From Chromatiaceae bacterium (GTDB lineage Bacteria > Pseudomonadota > Gammaproteobacteria > Chromatiales > Chromatiaceae): DNA of 50,430 bases. Where the stretch lies: the NCBI GenBank assembly GCA_041307765.1, contig JBFZCW010000139.1, positions 1 to 50,430 on the forward strand, written 5' to 3'. Made by a program: the position numbers and the translations under genes. Under the pieces are notes generated by a model. It was not told the origin of the DNA. It saw only the letters and a list, made by a program, of their open reading frames with translations, and searched no databases. This document shows, one piece after another, positions 17,807-26,410 of this stretch. Numbering within the stretch: the first letter of the stretch is position 1; each line of letters begins with the position of its first letter.

Positions 17807-18343
17807 ATGGCAAAACTTCCCATCCTCACCTTTCCAAATCCCCGACTCCGCAATAAGGCCCAGCCAGTCCGCGAGGTTGACGCCGCCGTCCGTCGCTTAG
17901 TGGACGACATGCTCGAGACCATGTACGCGGCCCCTGGGATCGGGTTGGCGGCCATCCAGGTCGATGTCCCTTTGCGCGTGGTGGTCATCGACATCTCCGA
18001 GAAACAAGATTCGCCCCTCTGTCTGATCAACCCGGAGATCTTGGAACGGCAGGGCGACGAGCAAATGGAAGAGGGCTGCCTGTCGGTCCCCGGTTTCTTC
18101 GAAACGGTATCCCGTGCCGAACGGGTGCGGGTCCGCGCCCTGGACCAGGACGGTCGGCCGTTCGAGATCGACACCGATGGGCTGCTCGCGGTGTGCATCC
18201 AACACGAGATCGATCACCTCGACGGCAAGCTGTTCGTGGATTACATCTCCTCGCTCAAGCGCCAGCGTATCCGCCGACGCCTGGAGAAGGAGCAGCGCGA
18301 CCCGGCACCGGTTCGGCGCGAGCCCCAGCGGCAGGTTATTTGA
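17807..18343 (+). CDS. def: peptide deformylase
   Basis: 178 aa. Motifs [26 protein letters not shown]. Confidence 0.96.
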   Translation: MAKLPILTFPNPRLRNKAQPVREVDAAVRRLVDDMLETMYAAPGIGLAAIQVDVPLRVVVIDISEKQDSPLCLINPEILERQGDEQMEEGCLSVPGFFETVSRAERVRVRALDQDGRPFEIDTDGLLAVCIQHEIDHLDGKLFVDYISSLKRQRIRRRLEKEQRDPAPVRREPQRQVI

Positions 18344-18411
18344 TGACTTCGGACTACTGGCCCCTCACCCCCACCGCGCCAGGTCGGCGCTCCTGACTGG
18401 ACCACTAGGCC

Positions 18412-19398
18412 GTGACAGCGCGCATCGTCTTTGCCGGCACCCCGGGGTTCGCAGTCCCGAGCCTGACGGCCCTGGTCCAAGGTGGCTATCAGGTGGTTGC
18501 CGTCTATACCCAGCCGGACCGGCCATCCGGCCGGGGGCGCAAGCGCGCCTCCAGTCCGATCAAGCAGACCGCCGTTGCCTTCGGCTTGCCCGTGATGCAA
18601 CCCGAGACACTTCGCGATCCTGCCGCTCAGGCGACCCTGTGCGCCCTACAGCCGGACCTCATGGTCGTGGTCGCCTACGGCTTGCTCCTGCCCCCCGCCG
18701 TGCTTGCGGCCCCACGCCTGGGCTGCGTTAACGTACACGCCTCCCTGCTGCCCCGCTGGCGCGGCGCCGCTCCGATTCAACGCGCCATCCTGGCCGGAGA
18801 CTCGGAGACCGGTGTGACCATCATGCGCATGGAAAGGGGCCTAGATACGGGGCCCATGTACCTGACGCGCATCGCACCCATTGCAACCCGCGAGACTGCC
18901 GGCAGCCTGCACGACCGTCTGTCCATTCTCGGCGCCGAGGCGCTCATGGAGGCTTTGCCAGGTATCCTTTCGGCTTCCCTGCAACCCAACCCGCAGGACG
19001 ACGCCCAAGCCATCTACGCCAGCAAACTCAACAAGAACGCGGCCCTCATCGACTGGTCCGCCCCGGCCACGACCATCGACCGACAGATCCGCGCCTTCGA
19101 CCCCTGGCCGGTGGCGGAAACGCATCTCGACGGAGCGACCCTGCGGGTCTGGGCTGCGGAAGCCCTTGCCGGCCCGCAGAAAAGTGGAAACCCCGCGACG
19201 GACACGGTGCCGAAGGGGTCTACCCCTGTCGGTGCCCCGACGCCAGGCATGGTCGTGGCCCATTCCAAGGCGGGGATCGACGTTGCAACCGGTGAAGGGC
19301 TCCTGCGCATCACCCGCGTGCAGCTCCCCGGGAAGTGCCCCATCGCCGCTGCGCAGCTGCTCAATGCACGCAGCCTCGCGGGACACACCCTTGGCTGA
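18412..19398 (+). CDS. fmt: methionyl-tRNA formyltransferase
   Basis: 328 aa; GTG start. IVFAGTPGFAVPSL N-terminus, HASLLPRWRGAAPIQRAI motif. Confidence 0.95.
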   Translation: MTARIVFAGTPGFAVPSLTALVQGGYQVVAVYTQPDRPSGRGRKRASSPIKQTAVAFGLPVMQPETLRDPAAQATLCALQPDLMVVVAYGLLLPPAVLAAPRLGCVNVHASLLPRWRGAAPIQRAILAGDSETGVTIMRMERGLDTGPMYLTRIAPIATRETAGSLHDRLSILGAEALMEALPGILSASLQPNPQDDAQAIYASKLNKNAALIDWSAPATTIDRQIRAFDPWPVAETHLDGATLRVWAAEALAGPQKSGNPATDTVPKGSTPVGAPTPGMVVAHSKAGIDVATGEGLLRITRVQLPGKCPIAAAQLLNARSLAGHTLG

Positions 19399-19429
19399 GG
19401 CCCGCCCGCGCGAGAAGGCCCCTCCGCCC

Positions 19430-20746
19430 GTGGCCGGGGCGGCAGCCCGCGCCGCCGCCGCCGCCGCCGTAGAGGCAGTTCGGGGCCGCGGTCGCTCGCT
19501 GAGCGAGGCCCTGGCGGCGCCGCAGGTCCTGGCCCTGTCCGACGGGCGCGATCGGGCACTGGTGCAGGAGTTGTCCTACGGGACCTTGCGCCTGCTGCCC
19601 CGCCTTGAGGCGCTGGCGGCAAGCCTGATGCATAAGCCCGTGAGGGCCACCGACCGCGACGTCGAGGCTCTGGTCCTGATCGGGCTGTATCAGCTCATCG
19701 CCACCCGCATCCCTGCACATGCTGCCGTGGCCGCCACCGTGGCGGCCGCCAAGTCCAACGAGAGGCCCTGGGCGGCCGGTTTGGTCAACGCCCTGCTGCG
19801 CCGGTTCGAACGTGAAGGCGCAGAGCTCGATGCACGCCTTGAGGCGATCCCCCGGGTGCGCTGGCTATTCCCGGACTGGCTGCTGCATCGGCTCCAGGCG
19901 GCCTGGCCCGATCACTGGACTGCGATCTGCGATGCCAGCAACGCCCGCCCGCCCATGACGCTAAGGGTCAACCGGCTGCGCACCGATCGCCGTGCCTATG
20001 CGGAGCTGCTGGCCGCCGAGGGCATCGCCTCCCGCCCCCTCCCCTACGCGGACGCCGCCCTGCGCCTCGACACCCCCGTGGCCACCGATCGTCTACCCGG
20101 GTTCGGTGCCGGCCTGGTCTCGGTCCAGGACGGCGCGGCCCAGCTCGCCGCCGTGCTGCTCGATGCCCAGCCCGGCGACCAGGTCCTCGACGCCTGCGCC
20201 GCCCCGGGGGGCAAGACCGCGCACATTCTTGAGCGAGCGGGCAACGACCTCGACCTCACGGCCGTTGATCTGGACCCGCAGCGCATCGAGCGCGTCGCCC
20301 CGGGTCTGGCCAGGTTGGGGCTGCGGGCCCAAACCTGTGTAGGCGATGCCGCCAGACCGGAGGGCGACTGGGCCAGGCACCGGTACGGGCGCATCTTGCT
20401 CGACATTCCGTGCTCCGCCACTGGCGTGATCCGACGCCATCCGGACATCAAGTGGCTGCGCCGCGACGCCGACATCGCCCGACTCGCCGACCTCCAGCGC
20501 CATATCCTCGATGCCATCTGGCCGCTGCTGGCCTCCGGCGGAGTCTTGCTGTACGTCACCTGCTCCGTGCTACCGGAGGAGAATGAGCACCAGATCGCAG
20601 CCTTCCTGGCCCGTACCCCCGATGCGGCGCTGAGGCCCATCGTCGCCGACTGGGGTATGGCGCGGGGTCCTGGTCGCCAGACTCTCCCGGGAACCGACGG
20701 CATGGACGGATTCTTCTTCGCCCGGCTGGAGAAGACCCTCCCATGA
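19430..20746 (+). CDS. rsmB: 16S rRNA (cytosine967-C5)-methyltransferase
   Basis: NusB-like N-domain plus SAM-MTase motifs (DACAAPGGKT, DIPCSATGVIRRHPDIKW, YVTCSVLPEEN). GTG 19430 gives 438 aa, colinear with E. coli RsmB. TTG 19391, overlapping the fmt stop, is an alternative. The track ORF start 18881 lies inside fmt. Confidence 0.9.
   Translation: MAGAAARAAAAAAVEAVRGRGRSLSEALAAPQVLALSDGRDRALVQELSYGTLRLLPRLEALAASLMHKPVRATDRDVEALVLIGLYQLIATRIPAHAAVAATVAAAKSNERPWAAGLVNALLRRFEREGAELDARLEAIPRVRWLFPDWLLHRLQAAWPDHWTAICDASNARPPMTLRVNRLRTDRRAYAELLAAEGIASRPLPYADAALRLDTPVATDRLPGFGAGLVSVQDGAAQLAAVLLDAQPGDQVLDACAAPGGKTAHILERAGNDLDLTAVDLDPQRIERVAPGLARLGLRAQTCVGDAARPEGDWARHRYGRILLDIPCSATGVIRRHPDIKWLRRDADIARLADLQRHILDAIWPLLASGGVLLYVTCSVLPEENEHQIAAFLARTPDAALRPIVADWGMARGPGRQTLPGTDGMDGFFFARLEKTLP
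19451..19468 (+). repeat. (GCC)6 trinucleotide run encoding poly-Ala in the RsmB N-terminus
   Basis: Direct reading: gccgccgccgccgccgcc, in frame. Confidence 0.9.
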
Positions 20747-21405
20747 CCCGGTCACTCTCCGCACCGTCATCCCTGCCAGCGCCCGCGTTCTGCGATCCCG
20801 ATACAACGCTGAACAGCGGCGTCCGAGTGACGCGTTCATTCCTGGCCAATGCCAGCCGCGTCGGTTGGACATTGGCCTGGCTCTTTGCCGCGATCTTTGC
20901 GCTTCCCGCGGCGGCCGGGGGCTTTCGCGTCGAGTCGGCCAAGACCCACCTGGACGGCGAAACCTATGTCCTGGACGCCCGAGTCCTCTACGGCTTCAGC
21001 GAGCTTGCCCTCGAGGCCCTGGACAACGGCGTCCCGCTCACCATCGAGCTGCACATTCAGGTCCGCCCGCGGGACGGCTGGATCTGGGACAGCAACCTGC
21101 TCGACCGGCGCCTGCGTTACGCCATCCGTTACAAACCCCTGTCCGAACGCTTCCTGGTCTCGCAACTCCCCGGCGACGGCGGGCGCAGCTTCGTGACCCG
21201 AGACGCTGCCATCGCCGCCCTGGGGGAGATCAAAGGACTGCCTCTGGTTGGTGCGGCGACCCTCGATCCCAACACGGCCTACGAGGTTCAACTCAAGGCC
21301 GAGTTGGACATCGAGGAACTCCCCCTGCCGCTGCGCCCCATGGCCTATCTTCGTCCGGCCTGGAAGCTCTCCACTGGCTGGACCAAGTGGCCCATCGAAC
21401 CATGA
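20743..21405 (+). CDS. DUF4390-like exported protein
   Basis: 220 aa. Its ATG overlaps the rsmB stop (ATGA). Hydrophobic signal-like segment WTLAWLFAAIFALPAAA. Position between rsmB and an NtrY-type kinase matches where I recall DUF4390 genes lying. Confidence 0.7.
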   Translation: MTRSLSAPSSLPAPAFCDPDTTLNSGVRVTRSFLANASRVGWTLAWLFAAIFALPAAAGGFRVESAKTHLDGETYVLDARVLYGFSELALEALDNGVPLTIELHIQVRPRDGWIWDSNLLDRRLRYAIRYKPLSERFLVSQLPGDGGRSFVTRDAAIAALGEIKGLPLVGAATLDPNTAYEVQLKAELDIEELPLPLRPMAYLRPAWKLSTGWTKWPIEP

Positions 21406-23648
21406 GGCGATGGCGTGGCGTTGGGGCCCTGACCGCGGCGGCCCTGTTGGTCGCCCTGTTCGTCGCCCTCGACCTGATGAGCGACGCGGTCCAGCGTTCC
21501 GAAGAGCTCAGCCGTGCCTTCGTCCCCCTCTTGTTCCTGGTATTGGCCGGGCTGGTGGCCCTGGTCGTGACCGTCGCCGTCAACGTGGTGTACCTGGTGC
21601 GCCGGTACCGCGAGCGGGCTGCCGGCTCCCGCCTGACCGCTCGCATGGTCGTTCTGTTTGCCCTGATCTCCCTGCTCCCGGTTGGCGTCGTTTACTACTT
21701 TTCGCTGGGATTTCTCCTGCGTGGAATCGACGCCTGGTTCGACGTCGAGATCGACCGCGCCATGCAGGACGCACTGACCCTCAATCAAGCCTCGCTCGAT
21801 CTGAATCAGCGGGTCCTGTCGAAGTACACCGAGCAGATCCTTTCGGGGATTGAGGACAGATCCGCCACCGCCCTGGCCTTGACCCTGAGCGACCTGCGGG
21901 AGCAGGCCGGCGCCCTGGAGCTGACCGTTTTCGGACCCTCCGGTCAGGTCTACGGCACCGCCAATGAGGATCCCAGCAAGCTGGTGGCGGACCAGCCGGA
22001 GCGCGAGATTCTCCAGAGCGTGCGCAACGGCAAGAACCATGTCGCCCTGGAGACCGATGCTACCGGGGAACTGGTGGTGCGCACCCTGGTGACCGACCCG
22101 GCCGGGCGCCCCCTCACCCTCCAAGCGATCTTTCCGACCTCGGAGCGCATCACTGCGCTAGCCGCACGGTTGGAGAACGCGTTCAATCGCTACCGGGAGC
22201 TTGCGTACCTGCGTCAGTCCATCAAGGTGAGCTTTTCCCTGACGCTCTCCCTGGTCCTGGTAGCCGGGCTCATGGCCGCTCTGATTGCCGCCTTCCACAC
22301 CGCCCGCCGCCTGGTCCAACCGGTGGCGGACATCGCCCGCGGGACCCGCGCGGTGGCCGAGGGCGACTATGAGCAGCAGCTTCCGCAGCCCAAGCAGGAC
22401 GACGAGCTCGCCTTCCTGGTCGCCTCCTTCAATGCCATGACACGCCGCATCGCACAGGCGCGCGATGCAGCCGATCGGAGCCAGCAGGCGGTCGAGTCGC
22501 AACGCGCCTATCTCGAGACCGTGCTCGGGCGCCTTTCCTCGGGAGTCATGGTCTTCGACGCCGAGCATCGGTTGCGTACGGCCAACCCAGCGGCGCGCCA
22601 GATTCTGCATCTCGACCTCGCCGAAGCCGAGGCCCCGACCCTTGCCGCACTGGAGCATGACCACCCCCGGCTGTCACGCTGGGTCGAAGCGGTCCATCAG
22701 CACCTCGATGCCTCGCAGGACTGGCGCGCGGAGGTCACCCTGTTCGGGGGGGAGGGGCGTCAGATCCTCATGTGCCGCGGCAGCCCGCTGCCCGAGCCTG
22801 ATGCCCAGGTGCCCAGTCATGTGGTGGTCTTCGACGACGTCACCACACTGGTCATGGCCCAGCGCGATGCCGCGTGGGGCGAGGTCGCGCGCCGCCTGGC
22901 GCACGAAATCAAGAACCCGCTCACCCCGATCCAGCTCTCGGCAGAACGCCTCAGGCACAAGCTCCTTGCCAAGCTCCCCGAGAACGATGCCGGACTGCTG
23001 GACCGCGCCACCCGCACGATCGTGCAGCAGGTCGAGGCCATGAAGGCCATGGTCAACGACTTCTCCAACTACGCCCGAACCCCGCAGATGCAGGCCGAGC
23101 CGGTGGTGCTGGACCGACTGGTATCCGAGGTCCTCGACCTCTATCGCAGCGCCGGGGGGGAGATCTCCCTCCAGATCGCCCTGGGCGCGCCCGACGCGTG
23201 CATCCTCGGAGACCCGCTGCGCCTGCGCCAGGTTGTGCATAACCTGGTCAAGAATGCGCAGGAGGCCATGGAGGGACACCCCGGCGGCCAGATCCACGTG
23301 GGGACCACCCTGGTCCCAGCCGCGGAGGGGCCGGTGGTGGAACTCTGCATCGAGGACGACGGCCCCGGCATCGAGCCCGAACTGCTCGGGCGGGTGTTTG
23401 ATCCCTATGTGACCACCAAGGTCAAGGGGACGGGACTTGGTCTTGCCATCGTCAAGAAGATAATTGAAGAGCACGGCGGTATCATTCGGGCCGAAAACCG
23501 CAACCGGGGGGCCAGCATCAAGGCCCGCCTACCCGTTTGGCTGGGAGACCCGGACAACCCGGCAGCCGGGCATGTGGCGACCGCACACGCGACCCTCGGG
23601 CTGGCAACGGTGCCAGGACCAACGCAGCTACAGGCCAACGCCACATAA
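21402..23648 (+). CDS. ntrY: NtrY-type sensor histidine kinase (TM-HAMP-PAS-HisKA-HATPase)
   Basis: 748 aa from ATG 21402, which overlaps the upstream stop (ATGA). N-terminal TM helices, H-box LAHEIKNPLTPIQLSAERL, N-box VVHNLVKNAQEA, G-boxes DDGPGI and GTGLGLAIVKKIIEEHGG. The track ORF is over-extended to 20865. Confidence 0.85.
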   Translation: MRRWRGVGALTAAALLVALFVALDLMSDAVQRSEELSRAFVPLLFLVLAGLVALVVTVAVNVVYLVRRYRERAAGSRLTARMVVLFALISLLPVGVVYYFSLGFLLRGIDAWFDVEIDRAMQDALTLNQASLDLNQRVLSKYTEQILSGIEDRSATALALTLSDLREQAGALELTVFGPSGQVYGTANEDPSKLVADQPEREILQSVRNGKNHVALETDATGELVVRTLVTDPAGRPLTLQAIFPTSERITALAARLENAFNRYRELAYLRQSIKVSFSLTLSLVLVAGLMAALIAAFHTARRLVQPVADIARGTRAVAEGDYEQQLPQPKQDDELAFLVASFNAMTRRIAQARDAADRSQQAVESQRAYLETVLGRLSSGVMVFDAEHRLRTANPAARQILHLDLAEAEAPTLAALEHDHPRLSRWVEAVHQHLDASQDWRAEVTLFGGEGRQILMCRGSPLPEPDAQVPSHVVVFDDVTTLVMAQRDAAWGEVARRLAHEIKNPLTPIQLSAERLRHKLLAKLPENDAGLLDRATRTIVQQVEAMKAMVNDFSNYARTPQMQAEPVVLDRLVSEVLDLYRSAGGEISLQIALGAPDACILGDPLRLRQVVHNLVKNAQEAMEGHPGGQIHVGTTLVPAAEGPVVELCIEDDGPGIEPELLGRVFDPYVTTKVKGTGLGLAIVKKIIEEHGGIIRAENRNRGASIKARLPVWLGDPDNPAAGHVATAHATLGLATVPGPTQLQANAT

Positions 23649-23729
23649 CCCATGCGCCCCTTCGGCGCACCGCCGGGGCACCCACAGAAGCGGCAGCGGG
23701 GCCGCACCCCGCAGGCCAACTGGAGCACT

Positions 23730-25100
23730 ATGAGCGCAACGCACATCCTGGTCGTCGACGATGAGCCGGACATCCGGCGTCTGGTCAAGGAGATTTTGGA
23801 GGATGAGGGCTATGCCGTCGCCTCCGCCGAAAACGGCGAGGGGGCACGCCGCGCGCTACGCGATCGTCGCCCCGACCTCATCCTGCTCGACATCTGGATG
23901 CCGGATCTGGATGGCATCAGCCTGCTGAAGGAGTGGGCCGAGGATGAGGGCCTACCATGCCCTGTTGTCATGATGTCGGGTCATGGCACCGTCGAGACCG
24001 CGGTGGAGGCCACGCGCCTGGGGGCCTACGACTTCCTCGAAAAGCCGCTGTCCATGGCCAAGCTCCTGCTCACGGTGGAACGTGGCCTGGAGGCAGACAA
24101 GCTCCATAAGGAAAACATCGGGTTGCGTCGCCGGACCCCCGTTGTACAGGAGCCGGCCGGGCGCAGCGCCGCCATGCAGCGCCTGCGCGAGCAGGTCAAG
24201 CGTATCGCCGCCCACGACACCTGGGTACTGCTCACCGGCGAGCCTGGCAGCGGCCGAGAGACCTTCGCCCGTTATCTGCATGCCCAGAGCGCCCGCCGCG
24301 AGCGCCCGTTCGTCGACCTCGGGGTCTCGGTCATCACCCGAGGCAATGCCGCCAGGGAACTGTTCGGCAGCGAGGAGGGCGGGCACATCCATTATGGCGC
24401 CCTGGAGCAGGCCGCCGGCGGTACCCTCTTGCTCGACGAGGTTGCGGACATGGACCTGGAGGCCCAGTCCCAACTACTAGGTGCCCTGGACACCGGGTCG
24501 TTCCTGCGCGCGACCGGGACCGAGCCAGTGACCATCGACGTGCGCATCGTCGCCGCCACCCAGCGCAACCTGGAGGAGGAGGTGCGCGCCGGGCGCTTCC
24601 GAGAGGACCTCTTTTATCACCTGAACGTGGTCCCTTTGCATGTCCCGTCACTGCGTGAGCACAACGAGGATGTACCGGACCTGCTGAACTTCTACGTCGA
24701 CTACTTCTCCACCCACGAGAAGCTGCCCTACCGGCGTTTCAGCGTGGGCGCCCAGAACTTCCTGCGCAACTATCCGTGGCCGGGGAACGTGCTCGAGCTC
24801 AAGAATCTGGTGCAACGGGTGCTGATCCTCGGGGCCGGCCTGGAGGTAACCCAGGCCGAGGTCGAGGCCGCCCTAGGGGGTGGCGCACCGACCGCGCAGC
24901 CCCAATCCCTGGAGGGCCTAGTGTCCTTCGACCAGCCGTTGCGCGAGGCCCGCGAGCAGTTCGAGAAGGCCTATCTGGAATACCAGCTCAACAAGCACGC
25001 AAGCAACGTGAGCAAGATGGCCAAGGAGGCCGGGATGGAGCGTACGCACCTCTACCGCAAGCTCCGCTCACTGGGAATCGAGATCAAAGAGCGACGATAG
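23730..25100 (+). CDS. ntrX: NtrX-type response regulator (REC - AAA+ - HTH)
   Basis: 456 aa from ATG 23730 (MSATHILVVDDEPDIRRLV; phospho-acceptor context LILLDIWMPDLDG). AAA+ core with Walker B LLLDEV and RFREDLFYHLNV. No GAFTGA loop. C-terminal Fis-type HTH (NVSKMAKEAGMERTHLYRKL). Confidence 0.85.
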   Translation: MSATHILVVDDEPDIRRLVKEILEDEGYAVASAENGEGARRALRDRRPDLILLDIWMPDLDGISLLKEWAEDEGLPCPVVMMSGHGTVETAVEATRLGAYDFLEKPLSMAKLLLTVERGLEADKLHKENIGLRRRTPVVQEPAGRSAAMQRLREQVKRIAAHDTWVLLTGEPGSGRETFARYLHAQSARRERPFVDLGVSVITRGNAARELFGSEEGGHIHYGALEQAAGGTLLLDEVADMDLEAQSQLLGALDTGSFLRATGTEPVTIDVRIVAATQRNLEEEVRAGRFREDLFYHLNVVPLHVPSLREHNEDVPDLLNFYVDYFSTHEKLPYRRFSVGAQNFLRNYPWPGNVLELKNLVQRVLILGAGLEVTQAEVEAALGGGAPTAQPQSLEGLVSFDQPLREAREQFEKAYLEYQLNKHASNVSKMAKEAGMERTHLYRKLRSLGIEIKERR

Positions 25101-25333
25101 GCTCCATTCTCGAATACCTGACACTGCGGCGATCGGTCCAGGGCCTCATCACCGGACCCCCGCCGCGACGACCACGCCCGGGCCGGACTTGCCCATCGGC
25201 GCGCGCCCGCTGCGCTTGCCATCTTCTTCCGGCTCTTGTGACTGCTTGTACAGCCCTGGTCCGCTCAGTTTTTGCCAGTGCCCTCGTCCTCAGCGGACTC
25301 GCCCGGTGCGGGCGACACGGCCCTTGGACTGGG

Positions 25334-25777
25334 TCAAGCGGCCAGGTCCCTTTCTTCGAGCCTGCGAATCAAGGGGTAAAGGTGTTCAGTCTCACGCTGG
25401 ATGCGTTCTAGAACCAGTGTAAACATTTGATTGGTTTCCTGGACAAACCGCTCGTGGTTACGCACCTTCAACTCCTTATGCTTTTCCGAGCACCAGTCTT
25501 TGAGGTAGGAGGCGAAAATTCGCTTGATCTCTGCCGAACCAGACATGAAACGATCGGCGGTGTTCTTCACCGCCTGATCCGGGTATGAGATGAGCCTCCC
25601 GCACAATTGTTTGTCCACCAAATCAATATGTTCCCTAACCTTCTTGGCGTAATCAAAGAATAAATCGCAGGCGACCTCGGTGTCGCAAAGGGCGCGATCG
25701 CGGGTGAGATAGAGAAAGACGTTTGAAAGCTCGGTGATCTTGTGATTCTGCGCGTGCAACTCGCCAAAGGTAACCAT
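25334..25777 (-). CDS. hypothetical protein, possibly hemerythrin-like (HHE cation-binding) four-helix-bundle protein
   Basis: 147 aa from ATG 25777, with GGAGGA 5 nt upstream; the track TTG start at 25789 sits on that SD. His/Glu pairs spaced as in HHE domains (HAQNHKITE, EHIDLVD, NHERFVQE, ETEH). About 50% G+C by hand count, against mid-60s or higher in the flanks. Confidence 0.5.
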   Translation of the reverse strand: MVTFGELHAQNHKITELSNVFLYLTRDRALCDTEVACDLFFDYAKKVREHIDLVDKQLCGRLISYPDQAVKNTADRFMSGSAEIKRIFASYLKDWCSEKHKELKVRNHERFVQETNQMFTLVLERIQRETEHLYPLIRRLEERDLAA

Positions 25778-25903
25778 ACCATCCTCCAAATTCTAATAGG
25801 GCGACAAGCGTGATTGCGGACCCAAAGCAGTGCCTCAAGGCAAACCGCAATGTCGGCAGAAAACGTACCTCGACCGGAGCGACATTACAAGCCCGTTCTT
25901 GCC

Positions 25904-25917
25904 TTGACCCTAGTCAA
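25904..25917. promoter_or_regulatory. FNR/FixK-type palindrome TTGAC-N4-GTCAA
   Basis: TTGACCCTAGTCAA is a perfect TTGA-N6-TCAA dyad. It lies in the divergent region between the hemerythrin-like gene (start 25777) and the TPR gene (start 26009). Confidence 0.4.
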
Positions 25918-26008
25918 GCATACCGCCACCGAAATTTGGGGGCCCGGCACGGGGTTGGCCTCGCCCTGGGGCCTGCTTGAACCCCGAACCCAGACTGGAG
26001 CACAGCCC

Positions 26009-26353
26009 ATGGGTGTGATCGAGAATTTTGAAGCGATGCTGGCACGTGGCCAGGACTCCGCCCTGCTGCGTCATGGCCTCGGCACCGCCTATTTCAACCA
26101 GAACGACCCTAAGCGGGCCGTCCCGCATCTAGCTGAGGCCGTACGCCTGGACCCCGCGTATTCCGCAGCCTGGAAGCTCTACGGCAGGGCCCTTGCAGCG
26201 TCGGGCCGCTACGCCGATGCAGTTGCAGCGTTTGACCAAGGCATCGCCACAGCCACGGCGAAGGGAGACATCCAGGCGGCAAAGGAGATGCAGGTCTTTC
26301 GCAAGCGGGCCCTTAGATCATTGGCGGGCCAGCCTCCAGCTGACGAGCCTTGA
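26009..26353 (+). CDS. small tetratricopeptide-repeat protein
   Basis: 114 aa from ATG 26009 (GGAG upstream). TPR-like helices (LGTAYFNQNDPKRAVPHLAEAVRLDPAYSAAWKLYGRALAASGRYADAVAAFDQGI). The track ORF is over-extended to 25814. Confidence 0.65.
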   Translation: MGVIENFEAMLARGQDSALLRHGLGTAYFNQNDPKRAVPHLAEAVRLDPAYSAAWKLYGRALAASGRYADAVAAFDQGIATATAKGDIQAAKEMQVFRKRALRSLAGQPPADEP

Positions 26354-26410
26354 GGCGCTCCTGCATCTCCTTACCACCCAACCCGCCAGGGGCTGTCCCG
26401 GTTCGGTCGC

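Noticed and set aside
19451-19468. (GCC)6 repeat as a possible regulatory microsatellite.
   Set aside because: It is in frame within the poorly conserved Ala-rich N-terminus of RsmB. It is listed as a repeat feature but has no sign of functional significance.
20865-21401. N-terminal over-extensions of track ORFs. Examples: 20865-21401 before ntrY, 18881-19390 before rsmB, 41387-41824 before tal, 27923-28399 before malQ, 7441-7836 before the PCuAC gene, 9328-9642 before the aspartic protease, 35759-35881 before glyA, and 47685-48020 before rfbC.
   Set aside because: The extensions overlap upstream genes or intergenic DNA and are Arg/Pro-rich nonsense. In each case a canonical conserved N-terminus begins at an internal start, often with an SD or a stop/start overlap.
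25299-25315. 7-bp hairpin TCGCCCG-GTG-CGGGCGA downstream of the hemerythrin-like gene as a terminator.
   Set aside because: Short stem with no U-tract on either strand; not distinguishable from chance in GC-rich DNA.
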